Shown here: positions 36,162-46,233 of the stretch, in pieces
Layout: every line of letters begins with the position of its first letter
How positions within the stretch are numbered: the stretch's first letter is position 1
Source: Candidatus Undivivens industriae
GTDB taxonomy: Bacteria; Omnitrophota; Gorgyraeia; Gygaellales; Profunditerraquicolaceae
Assembly: GCA_012514745.1 (NCBI GenBank)
Contig: JAAYZR010000029.1
Coordinates: 1-47,810 of the forward strand
Direction: 5' to 3'
Length of the DNA stretch: 47,810 nucleotides
The notes under the pieces: generated by a model
Seen by the model: only the letters and a program-made list of their open reading frames with translations
The model's database searches: none
Told to the model about the DNA's origin: nothing
Translations under genes and position numbers: made by a program

Positions 36162-37238
36162 ATGTCCGCTGCTCCGGCACTACTTCTCTTGATAGATGAA
36201 ACCGAGATGGCCAGGTATCTTAAGGAAGAACTCCTTATAGAAGGCGGTTATCCCGTATTTCACGAGACGGACGTGGCAGCCGCCGTTTCCGCTTTCCGTA
36301 ATAATCCCTTTCCGCTTATCATAATCAAACTGGATATGCCCGGGACGGTCATGGGTGATCTTATCCGGGTTTTTCGCGAGATAGACCAGGACTGTATAAT
36401 AATAGGTTTCTTGAACGAGGCCGATCCCCGTATGATGCGCGACGGCATAAAGAGCGGGGTGTATGACTTCATTTTTAAGCCCGTCAATATGGAGAGACTG
36501 ATATTCCTCGTGAAGAAAGGGCTGGAATTGCGCCATATAATGACCTTGCACAGGCAGTTGCTGAACGATATCCAGGAGCACAATCATTCTTTGTATAAGC
36601 AGAATAACATTCTGGCGAGAAGGATAGAAGAATCGACCAAGAACATGGTGAAGCTCTATGAGGACCTCCGGAGTACTTATATGCGCACGATCAAGGTGCT
36701 CGCGCACACCATAGAAGCCAAGGATAAATATACGCGCAAGCATTCGGAGAATGTGGCCTCTTACGCGGCGGTGATCGCCAAGGAAATGGGGCTCAGCGGT
36801 GAAGAGCTGGAAAAACTTATCGAGGCCTGCGAATTGCACGACCTCGGCAAGATCGGGGTGGAAGACGTTATATTGTCGAAACCGGCCGGCCTCACTCCTG
36901 CGGAATGGGAACAGATAAAACTTCACCCCAACACCGCGGTGGAGATACTGGAGCCGTTGACGTTCCTTGAGGACGTCACAAAACTTGTTAAACAGCATCA
37001 CGAGCATTATGACGGCAGCGGGTATCCGGAAGGCCGCAGCGGAGACGACATCCTGCTGGGAGCGCGGATTATACATCTGGCGGACGCCTATGATGCCATG
37101 CGTTCGGCGCGTTCCTACCGTAAAATACCGCTGACAAAAGAAGAAACGGTAGAGGAAATAAAGAAGAATTCCGGCAAGCAGTTCGATCCTAAGGTGGTGG
37201 AAGCGTTCCTGCGGGTCGTAGACAAGGTGGACTTCTGA
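36162..37238 (+). CDS. Receiver-like domain fused to an HD-GYP cyclic-dinucleotide phosphodiesterase
   Basis: HSENV, HDLGKIG, HHEHYDGSGYP, ADAYDAM motifs; N-terminal REC fold with KP motif but Lys at the apparent phosphoacceptor position (IIIKLDMP). Confidence 0.9.
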   Translation: MSAAPALLLLIDETEMARYLKEELLIEGGYPVFHETDVAAAVSAFRNNPFPLIIIKLDMPGTVMGDLIRVFREIDQDCIIIGFLNEADPRMMRDGIKSGVYDFIFKPVNMERLIFLVKKGLELRHIMTLHRQLLNDIQEHNHSLYKQNNILARRIEESTKNMVKLYEDLRSTYMRTIKVLAHTIEAKDKYTRKHSENVASYAAVIAKEMGLSGEELEKLIEACELHDLGKIGVEDVILSKPAGLTPAEWEQIKLHPNTAVEILEPLTFLEDVTKLVKQHHEHYDGSGYPEGRSGDDILLGARIIHLADAYDAMRSARSYRKIPLTKEETVEEIKKNSGKQFDPKVVEAFLRVVDKVDF

Positions 37239-37245
37239 GGCGGTT

Positions 37246-38454
37246 ATGCCTGTATATAAATACCTGGTAAAAGACAAGAACGGCCAGACCCTGGCCGGAA
37301 GCATCGAGGGGCAGTCGGAAACGGAAACTGTCGCCGCCCTGCACAAAAAAGAATTCATCGTGCTGAAGGTGGAAGCGGTGAAGACTATCGCGCAGAGAAA
37401 TGTGTCCGGCGGCAAAGTCAAATCGGAGGACCTGGTTATTTTCTCGCGCCAGCTGGCCACGATGATCGATGCAGGCATTCCGGTGGTGCAGGCTTTGTCG
37501 ATACTTTCCGAGCAGGTAGAGACCAGGGCGTTCAGGGAGATGGTGGAGGCGATAGCCAGGGACATCCGCGCCGGCACCAGTTTGAGCGACGCGATAGCAA
37601 AGTACCCGGCGGTTTTCTCCGAACTTTTCGTGAATATGACCAAGGCCGGGGAAGCTTCCGGTATGCTCGATGAGGTTCTTGACCGGCTGGCTTCATATCT
37701 GGAGAAATCTTTGGCGCTGGCGCGGAAGGTCAAATCAAGCCTTGTCTATCCGGCGGTCGTGGTTACTATGGCCCTGGCGATAACCGCGGTGCTGCTGCTG
37801 AAGGTGGTCCCGACTTTCAAGGGTATATTCGAGATGCTGGGCGGACAGCTGCCTCTTTTGACGCGAATCCTGATCGGCGTCAGCGACGCTCTGAAGCAGT
37901 ATTTCATTCTTTTGGTGATAGCCGCGGCGGCCGGCGGTGCCGCTTTGAAGAAGATTGTTTCTACCGACAAGGGCAGGCGTGATCTGGACAGACTGAAGCT
38001 GCGCGTGCCTATACTGGGAGAGCTTTTTCGCAAAGTGGCGGTCGCAAAATTTTCCAGGACTTTCTCTACTCTCGTCAAGAGCGGGGTAAACGTCTTGAGT
38101 GCGCTGGATATTGTGGCTAAGACAGCCGGCAACAGGATTGTCGAAGAGACCATTATCGATTGCCGGACCGCGGTTCGAAACGGGGAGCCGATCGCGGCGT
38201 CTTTGACAAAAAGCAGCGTCTTCCCTCCTATGGTCTGCCGTATGATAAGCGTGGGGGAGCAGACCGGGCAGCTGGAAAAGATGCTTTCCAAGATAGCCGA
38301 TTTCTACGACGAGCAGGTAGATGCGCAGGTCTCGGGTCTGACCAGTATGATAGAACCGCTGGTCATCGCTTTTCTCGGAGTGGTGGTGGGCGGTATCGTC
38401 ATCGCTTTGTTCCTCCCGGTTTTTCAGATTACTCAACTGGTGGCGGGCAGGTAA
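37246..38454 (+). CDS. pilC: Type IV pilus platform protein PilC (second copy)
   Basis: FSRQLATMIDAGIP, AGEASGMLD, LVYP, FPPMV..MISVGEQTG, MIEP motifs. Confidence 0.94.
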   Translation: MPVYKYLVKDKNGQTLAGSIEGQSETETVAALHKKEFIVLKVEAVKTIAQRNVSGGKVKSEDLVIFSRQLATMIDAGIPVVQALSILSEQVETRAFREMVEAIARDIRAGTSLSDAIAKYPAVFSELFVNMTKAGEASGMLDEVLDRLASYLEKSLALARKVKSSLVYPAVVVTMALAITAVLLLKVVPTFKGIFEMLGGQLPLLTRILIGVSDALKQYFILLVIAAAAGGAALKKIVSTDKGRRDLDRLKLRVPILGELFRKVAVAKFSRTFSTLVKSGVNVLSALDIVAKTAGNRIVEETIIDCRTAVRNGEPIAASLTKSSVFPPMVCRMISVGEQTGQLEKMLSKIADFYDEQVDAQVSGLTSMIEPLVIAFLGVVVGGIVIALFLPVFQITQLVAGR

Positions 38455-38578
38455 TTGCCGCGCTATTTACTTCCGTAGAGACGCGCGATGTTGAATGCGG
38501 CGTCCGTTATTCCGTCTCGCCGCAGATTCTTAACTTGTTAGCAGGCAGGTTGTTGGGATTGTGAACCAGAATAGGCGG

Positions 38579-38628
38579 AAAAAAAATAAAAAAAAGTTAT
38601 TGACAACCAAAGGCATCTTTGGTATAAC
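38579..38628 (+). promoter_or_regulatory. rRNA operon promoter with UP element
   Basis: A-tract at 38579-38595, TTGACA at 38600, 17 bp spacer, TATAAC at 38623. Confidence 0.8.
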
Positions 38629-38910
38629 TTAAAAACCCTGCTAGGACAGCAGTTGATACCATCCTATTTTCGTGAAGAAAATAAAACAGGTTATTGACAT
38701 TATCGACAACTGACAACCGGGCCTATCTGGCGCTTTGTAGAAAGCGTCCCGGAAGGTGCGGGACGCTTTTTTTATTTTAGATAGATTTCGGTATCATCGT
38801 TCTTTGAGAATTTAGGAATAGCCAAGCACAAAAAGTAAGACCCGTAAATCCTTAAGGGATTTATGCGGGTAAAAGTAGCAATAAAGAGCCTTTATACAAA
38901 CTTTTCTAAA

Positions 38911-40503
<1,593 letters not shown>

Positions 40504-40649
40504 ACTTTCCCCCAGGGGATTGTTTAGACCTCAACCGGTGTTCGGACCGGTTGTTGTAGTGCTTGGCTATTCTTTTAAATTCATACGAGTCGTAATGACG
40601 CGAATGCGGAGAAAGACGGTCCTGTTTATGGACCTTAGATTCTTGAATC

Positions 40650-40723
40650 GGGCCCATAGCTCAGTTGGTTAGAGCACAGCCCTGATAAGACTGGGGTCAG
40701 TGGTTCGAATCCACTTGGGCCCA
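40650..40723 (+). tRNA. tRNA-Ile(GAT)
   Basis: GGGCCCA/TGGGCCC acceptor stem, CTGATAA anticodon loop, GGTTCGAATCC T-arm; CCA not encoded. Confidence 0.96.
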
Positions 40724-40846
40724 TTAAATCAGAGCTAAGATTAAGACCCGAGAATTGAGGCGGGCGGCGGAATACCGGTTTCAGTTCTCTGCTCTTTTCC
40801 CGGCCCCTTAGTTCTTTAATCGAAGCGGTAATTCCTTCTGATTTAA

Positions 40847-40919
40847 GGGGATGTAGCTCAGTTGGGAGAGCACTTGATTTGCATTCAAGGGGTCGCGGGT
40901 TCAACTCCCGCCATCTCCA
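40847..40919 (+). tRNA. tRNA-Ala(TGC)
   Basis: GGGGATG/CATCTCC acceptor stem with G3:U70, TTTGCAT loop, GGTTCAACTCC; CCA not encoded. Confidence 0.96.
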
Positions 40920-41005
40920 CTTCTTAAAAAGAAGTAACGCGACGACACGATAGATTCAAGCCGCAAGGGCGCTACATCTTATAAGCGCGCGCGGATTGTT
41001 CTTTG

Positions 41006-41027
41006 ACAATACAAAGGTAACAACTAC
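41006..41027 (+). other. 5' arm of the pre-23S processing stem, directly after boxA-like TGTTCTTTG
   Basis: acaatacaaaggtaacaactac is the exact reverse complement of gtagttgttacctttgtattgt at about 45375-45396. Confidence 0.8.
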
Positions 41028-42783
41028 AATTGATCCGAGTAACGAGAGAACCGGTAAAACGGTAAGTTTTTTGGTCAAGCTACAAAAGGTCTATGTAAGG
41101 ATGACTAGGTTAGATGAGGCGATGAAGGACGGGGTAAGCACCGAAATATTCCGGGTAGCCGCAAACATGCTTTGATCCGGAAGTGTCCGAATGGGGCAAC
41201 CCATCACGAGTAACGTCGTGATATCCCCGCGATGAATACATAGTTGCGGGGAAGCGATACCAGGGGAATTGAAACATCTAAGTACCCTGAGGAAAAGAAA
41301 TCACAGAGATTCCCCCAGTAGCGGCGAGCGACAAGGGAACAGCCTAAACCTCCGTCTTGCTTCCGCAAGGAAGCAGCGGTGGGGTTGCGGGACCTTGATA
41401 TGGGATTGTAGAGGGAAAGCAGAAGCGCTTGGAAAGGCGCGCCGTAGAGAGTGAGAGCCTCGTAAGCGAATTCCCGAAGCACCCTAAAGGTATCCCAAGT
41501 ACTACGGGACACGGGAAATCCTGTAGGAATCCGGGCCGACCACGGTCCAAGGCTAAACACTACATCTAAACCGATAGCGTACGAGTACCGTGAGGGAAAG
41601 TTGAAAAGAACCCCGGTGAGGGGAGTGAAATAGAACCTGAAATCATAGACCTACAAGCGGTGGAAGGCCTATACGTATGCCGCAAGGCGTGCGGATGGCT
41701 GACCGCGTACCTATTGAATAATGGTCCGACGAGTTACTGTGCGGTGCGAGCTTAACCCTTTAAACGGGGGAAGGCGCAGCGAAAGCGAGTCCTAATAGGG
41801 CGATTCAGTACCGTATAGTAGACCCGAAACTGAGTGATCTACCCATGGTCAGAGTGAAGCTTCCCGAAAGGGAAGTGGAAGCTCGAACCCATCAGCGTTG
41901 AAAAGCTGTGGGATGAACTGTGGGTCGGAGCGAAAGACTAAACAAACTCAGAAATTGCTGGTTCTCCCCGAAACAATTCTAGGGTTCGCCTCGGGTAATA
42001 TAAATAACAGGGGTAGAGTAATGAATGGGTTGCGGGGCCTTACCAGGCTGCTGGACCCAACCAAACTTCGAATACTGTTATTCTTAACCCGGGAGTAAGA
42101 CGACGGGGGCCAAGCTCCGTCGTCTAAAGGGAATCAGCCCAGATCGCCAGCTAAGGTCCCTAAGAATAGGCTAAGTGGTAAAGGATGTGAACTCGCTTAG
42201 ACAACCAGGATGTTGGCTTAGAGGCAGCCTCCATTTAAAGAGTGCGTAACAGCTCACTGGTCGAGCGATTTTGCGCCTAAGATGACCGGGGCTCAAGCCT
42301 ATTACCGAAGCTGCGGATTTGAATTTGCCTTCGGGCAAATCAAGTGGTAGGGGAGCGTAGTCCGACGAGAGAAGTCATACCGTGAGGAGTGATGGACGTC
42401 GGACTAGTGATTATGTCGGAATGAGTAGCGAAAACGCCTGCGAGAAACAGGCGCACCGAAAGTCTAAGGTTTCCTGGGGAAGGTTAATCCGCCCAGGGTT
42501 AGTCGGTCCTAAGCTGAGGCCGTTTGGCGTAAGCGATGGATAATCCGTTAATATTCGGATACCGGCTGGATGGCGTTAAAACCGGTGACGTGACGCGGAA
42601 GGTTAGGGGCTGCGCAGTGTTGGATGTCTGCGTTTCTGTACCCGCGAGGGTATGGAGGGATCCTGCGGTTTCCAAGGGAGAAGTGTTCTGATACCATGCC
42701 GCCAAGAAAAGCGTCATCGGGAGTCGTCCGGTCGTCCGTACCGTAATCCGACACAGGTAGACCTCCAGAGAATGGTAAGGTGC

Positions 42784-42815
<32 letters not shown>

Positions 42816-43041
42816 ATAACCCCGTAACTTCGGGATAAGGGGTGCCCCGGCCAGAAACGGTCGGGGTCTCAGTAAAGTGGCCCGGGTGACTGTTTAGTAA
42901 AAACACAGCACTCTGCAAACTCGAAAGAGGACGTATAGGGTGTGATACCTGCCCGGTGCTGGAAGGTTAAGGGAATGGGTTAGTAATCGTGAGATTGCGA
43001 AGCTTTGAACCGAAGCCCCAGTAAACGGCGGCCGTAACTAT

Positions 43042-43720
43042 TGACTGGACACAGTAGTTGTAAAATCTGGCTATATGCTGGAAAATCCTGTTAAGCCGAT
43101 GGTACATTCCGATTCTATCGGAATCGTGACAATTCATCGGATAGGGATAATCAGCAGGAAAGATCCGAAAGGTGGTTCTGTATGAGACCGGAGATAGGTT
43201 ATTATTTAGCTGGTTTCGCCGATGGGGAAGGAAGCTTTAATCTTTCCTTCAGACCTCGGCAAGATTACAAATCACCGTGGAAAGTTTCCCTTTGTTTCAA
43301 TATATCCCAGAAGGATAAAGTCATACTCGCATTATTCAAACACCATTTAGGATGTGGGACATTAAGGTCCCGGCCCGATGGAGTTTGGTATTACGAGGTA
43401 AATAACTTCAATTCTATCAGGGATAACGTGATACCGTTTTTTAGGAGATTCTGTTTTCTCTCTGCTAAGAAAAAGCGGGATTTTGCAAAATTCTGCCAAC
43501 TCGCGGAAATAATAGAGAAAAACGGATATCTTGATGAAACCGGAATCAGGAGAATATTGGAAATAAGAAGGGGAATGAATGACGGTGGAAAACGTAAATA
43601 CCGTGAAAATGAAATCATCGGCAAGTTTCGGAAATCCTCAGAGACTATACGCCAGACCTCTGAAGTTTTAGAGGATGATATAGTCCGGCCTTCCGGGAAA
43701 CCGGAAGATTAACAAAAGCG
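43042..43720 (+). mobile_element. Group I intron at 23S position 1917 (E. coli numbering), 679 nt, with a homing endonuclease ORF
   Basis: Splits CCGTAACTAT|AACGGTCC. 5' exon ends in U and the intron ends in G. IGS gtagttg pairs with exon taactat. P3 tctggc/gccaga; R cagagacta; S gatatagtcc. Confidence 0.95.
43182..43712 (+). CDS. Single-motif LAGLIDADG homing endonuclease
   Basis: YLAGFADGEGSF motif, FNISQKD, LGCG, VIPFF...LSAKK.DF; intron-internal. Confidence 0.93.
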   Translation: MRPEIGYYLAGFADGEGSFNLSFRPRQDYKSPWKVSLCFNISQKDKVILALFKHHLGCGTLRSRPDGVWYYEVNNFNSIRDNVIPFFRRFCFLSAKKKRDFAKFCQLAEIIEKNGYLDETGIRRILEIRRGMNDGGKRKYRENEIIGKFRKSSETIRQTSEVLEDDIVRPSGKPED

Positions 43721-43734
43721 AACGGTCCTAAGGT

Positions 43735-43938
43735 TTTGGATGGAATTTCAAAGCCCTTTATGCTGGCAACGGCATATCGAATCCAACTGTATCGGTGAAG
43801 CCCTTGTAAAAGGGTAATACCGAGGGAAGTCGTAAATGACCCCGTAGAGACTACACGTTGGCCCCTCGTACCTTCTTGCGAAAGCAAGAAAGGGGGTGAA
43901 GATATAGTCCATACCAATAGTAATATTGGAGAAATATG
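43735..43938 (+). mobile_element. Group I intron at 23S position 1931, 204 nt, ORF-less
   Basis: Splits CCTAAGGT|AGCGAAATTCC. U at the 5' site and terminal G. P4 tcggt/accga; R gtagagacta; S gaagatatagtcc. Confidence 0.93.
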
Positions 43939-44507
43939 AGCGAAATTCCTTGTGGGGTAAGTTCCCACGCGCACGAATGGTGTAACAACTTGGGCGCTGT
44001 CTCAACGAGGGACTCGGCGAAATTGTAGTGGCGGTGAAGATGCCGTCTACCCGCATCAAGACGAAAAGACCCCAGAACCTTTACTGCAGCCTGCTATTGG
44101 GTTTTGGTCCAATATGTGTAGCATAGGTGGGAGGCTTTGATGTCCCGGCGCTAGCCGGGGCGGAGCCGCAATGTGAAATACCACCCTTATTGTATTAAGA
44201 TCCTAACTTCCAGCCGTTAGCCGGCGGGAGGACAGTGACAGGTGGGCAGTTTGACTGGGGCGGTTCCCTTCTAAAGAGTAACGAAGGGGCCCAAAGGTTG
44301 GCTCAAGGCGGTCGGCAATCGCCTGTGGAGTGTAAACGCAAAAGCCAGCTTAACTGTGAGTCCGACAGGACGAGCAGATACGAAAGTAGGGGTTAGTGAT
44401 CCGGTGGTTGAAAGTGGAATCGCCATCGCTCAACGGATAATAGGTACTCTGGGGATAACAGGCTTATCGGGCTCGAGAGTTCACATCGACAGCCCGGTTT
44501 GGCACCT

Positions 44508-44930
44508 CAACATCATGGGGTGGTACCGCAGTAATGCGGTGCATGTATTGGCTAATAACGGTGGAGCCCATATTTACGGGTAATACCGTGGGAAGTCTAT
44601 AGAACGAAAGCAGGTTATTCAATTCTGGTCTTTTCTCTTGGTGACAATCAATCCTGATATAAATACACAGATAACTTAACGGTCAAACTGCATATTCGAA
44701 ATGCGTTAATGCTTATCGGGGGTATTTATAAAAAGAATTTTTTGTTGCCGGAGAAAACCATGTTCTGTATGACCCCGTAACGACTGATTGTGTGGATATT
44801 CTATCCGGATATCGTAGTCACACATGAGATAGAACCGGAGGTTTCGGTTTTATCATACGCCAACCCCGCCACTGAAACGCTGGCGGGTGAAGATATAGTC
44901 TAATCCCGTCCGAAAGGACGGATACGATTG
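44508..44930 (+). mobile_element. Group I intron at 23S position 2500, 423 nt, no intact ORF
   Basis: Splits GGCACCT|CGATGTCGGC. IGS gggtg pairs with cacct; P10 acatc/gatgt; P3 ttggc/gccaa; R gtaacgact; S gaagatatagtc; terminal G. Confidence 0.93.
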
Positions 44931-45551
44931 CGATGTCGGCTCATCCTATCCTGGGGCTGTATAAGGTCCCAAGGGTCCGGCTGTTCGCCGGTTAAAAGGG
45001 TACGCGAGCTGGGTTTAGAACGTCGTGAGACAGTTCGGTCTCTATCTGATGTGGGCATTAGGATACTTGAAGGGGAGTTCTCTTCAGTACGAGAGGACCT
45101 AGAGAAACGGACCTCTGGTGTCCCAGTTGTCCTGCCAAGGGCAAAGGCTGGGTAGCTATGTTCGGAAGGGATAAGCGCTGAAGGCATCTAAGTGCTAAGC
45201 CCCCCCCAAGACTAAGTATCCCCTCCCGTAAGGGAGTTAAGGCTGGTTGTAGACTACGACCTTGATAGGCGCAATGTGTAAGACCCGTGAGGGTTTAAGC
45301 TAATGCGTACTAATAAGCCGATCGGCTTGACCTTTTTATACGCCATTTACAGGTTTTACGTTACCGGTTCATGCGTAGTTGTTACCTTTGTATTGTTGTA
45401 TTGCTTCCACAGGGGCTTTGCCCCTATGGCACTTGCTCATTAAAAACATTCGCTCGTTGTAACCCCTAAGACCCGGGGAAGTATCCTTCCCCGAACCCTA
45501 TCGGGAACGGGTGGAGGTCAGCTCTTTGTTGTTGCATAGATTTTTAGCTTT

Positions 45552-45591
45552 AGGAGTATCCATACTGAAGGGGTCACGACCGCGTTCCCAT
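45552..45591 (+). pseudogene. Truncated 5S rRNA 5' fragment (copy 1)
   Basis: Matches the first ~38 nt of 5S with two inserted Gs, then diverges into the hairpin cacggatacatccgtg. Confidence 0.8.
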
Positions 45592-45755
45592 CACGGATAC
45601 ATCCGTGTTTCCACAGGGGCTTTGCCCCTATGGCACTCGCTCATTAAAAACATTCGCTCGTTGTAACCCCTAAGACCCGGGGGAGTATCCTTCCCCGGAC
45701 CCTATCGGGAACGGGTGGAGGTCAGCTCTTTGTTGTTGCATAGATTTTTAGCTTT

Positions 45756-45795
45756 AGGAGTATCCATACTGAAGGGGTCACGACCGCGTTCCCAT
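45756..45795 (+). pseudogene. Truncated 5S rRNA 5' fragment (copy 2)
   Basis: Identical to the copy at 45552. Confidence 0.8.
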
Positions 45796-45959
45796 CACGG
45801 ATACATCCGTGCTTCCACAGGGGCTTTGCCCCTATGGCACTTGCTCATTAAAAACATTCGCTCGTTGTAACCCCTAAGACCCGGGGAAGTATCCTTCCCC
45901 GGACCCCATCGGGAACGGGTGGAGGTCAGCTCTTTGTTGTTACATAGATTTTTAGCTTT

Positions 45960-46075
45960 AGGAGTATCCATACTGAAGGGGTCACACCCGTTCCCATTCC
46001 GAATACGGAAGTTAAGCCCTTCAAGGCCGATGGTAGTGTACTCGTAAGGGTATGTGAGAGTAGGTAGGTACTCCT
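45960..46075 (+). rRNA. rrf: 5S rRNA
   Basis: Helix I aggagtatc/ggtactcct; CCCGTTCCCATTCCGAA, GTTAAGC, CCGATGGTAGT and GAGAGTAGG motifs. Confidence 0.95.
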
Positions 46076-46082
46076 TTATTTT

Positions 46083-46125
46083 AAAACCCGTGTATTTAGA
46101 GATAAATATACGGGTTTTTTATTTT
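46083..46125 (+). terminator. Intrinsic terminator of the rRNA operon
   Basis: aaaacccgtgtattta-gaga-taaatatacgggtttt stem followed by a T tract. Confidence 0.85.
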
Positions 46126-46131
46126 GATTCC

Positions 46132-46174
46132 GGGGACACAATACTTAATTATAATAATTAAGTATTGTGTCCCC
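46132..46174. repeat. Perfect REP-like palindrome
   Basis: ggggacacaatacttaattat-a-ataattaagtattgtgtcccc (21-bp arms). Confidence 0.9.
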
Positions 46175-46233
46175 AGACTATCGGATATTATTTTTGTTGA
46201 TATTTACCGCAAAATATTCATAATATTCATTAT

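Larger units (their letters stand above)
45402..45985 (+). repeat. Tandem array of about 3 x 204 bp covering the 23S-5S spacer and the 5' end of 5S
   Basis: ttccacaggggctttgcccc starts at 45405, 45609 and 45813; aggagtatccatactgaaggggtcac starts at 45552, 45756 and 45960. The copies differ by a few substitutions. Confidence 0.95.

Noticed and set aside
33022-37733. Long minus-strand ORFs (670 aa, 517 aa and others)
   Set aside because: They are antisense shadows of well-supported pilB, HD-GYP and pilC genes and have no recognisable motifs.
38694-38722. Second TTGACA in the rRNA leader as a P2 promoter
   Set aside because: No plausible -10 hexamer at 16-18 bp spacing.
40650-40919. tRNAs lacking encoded CCA; one C-A mismatch in the tRNA-Ile anticodon stem
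   Set aside because: Post-transcriptional CCA addition is widespread and a single stem mismatch is tolerated.
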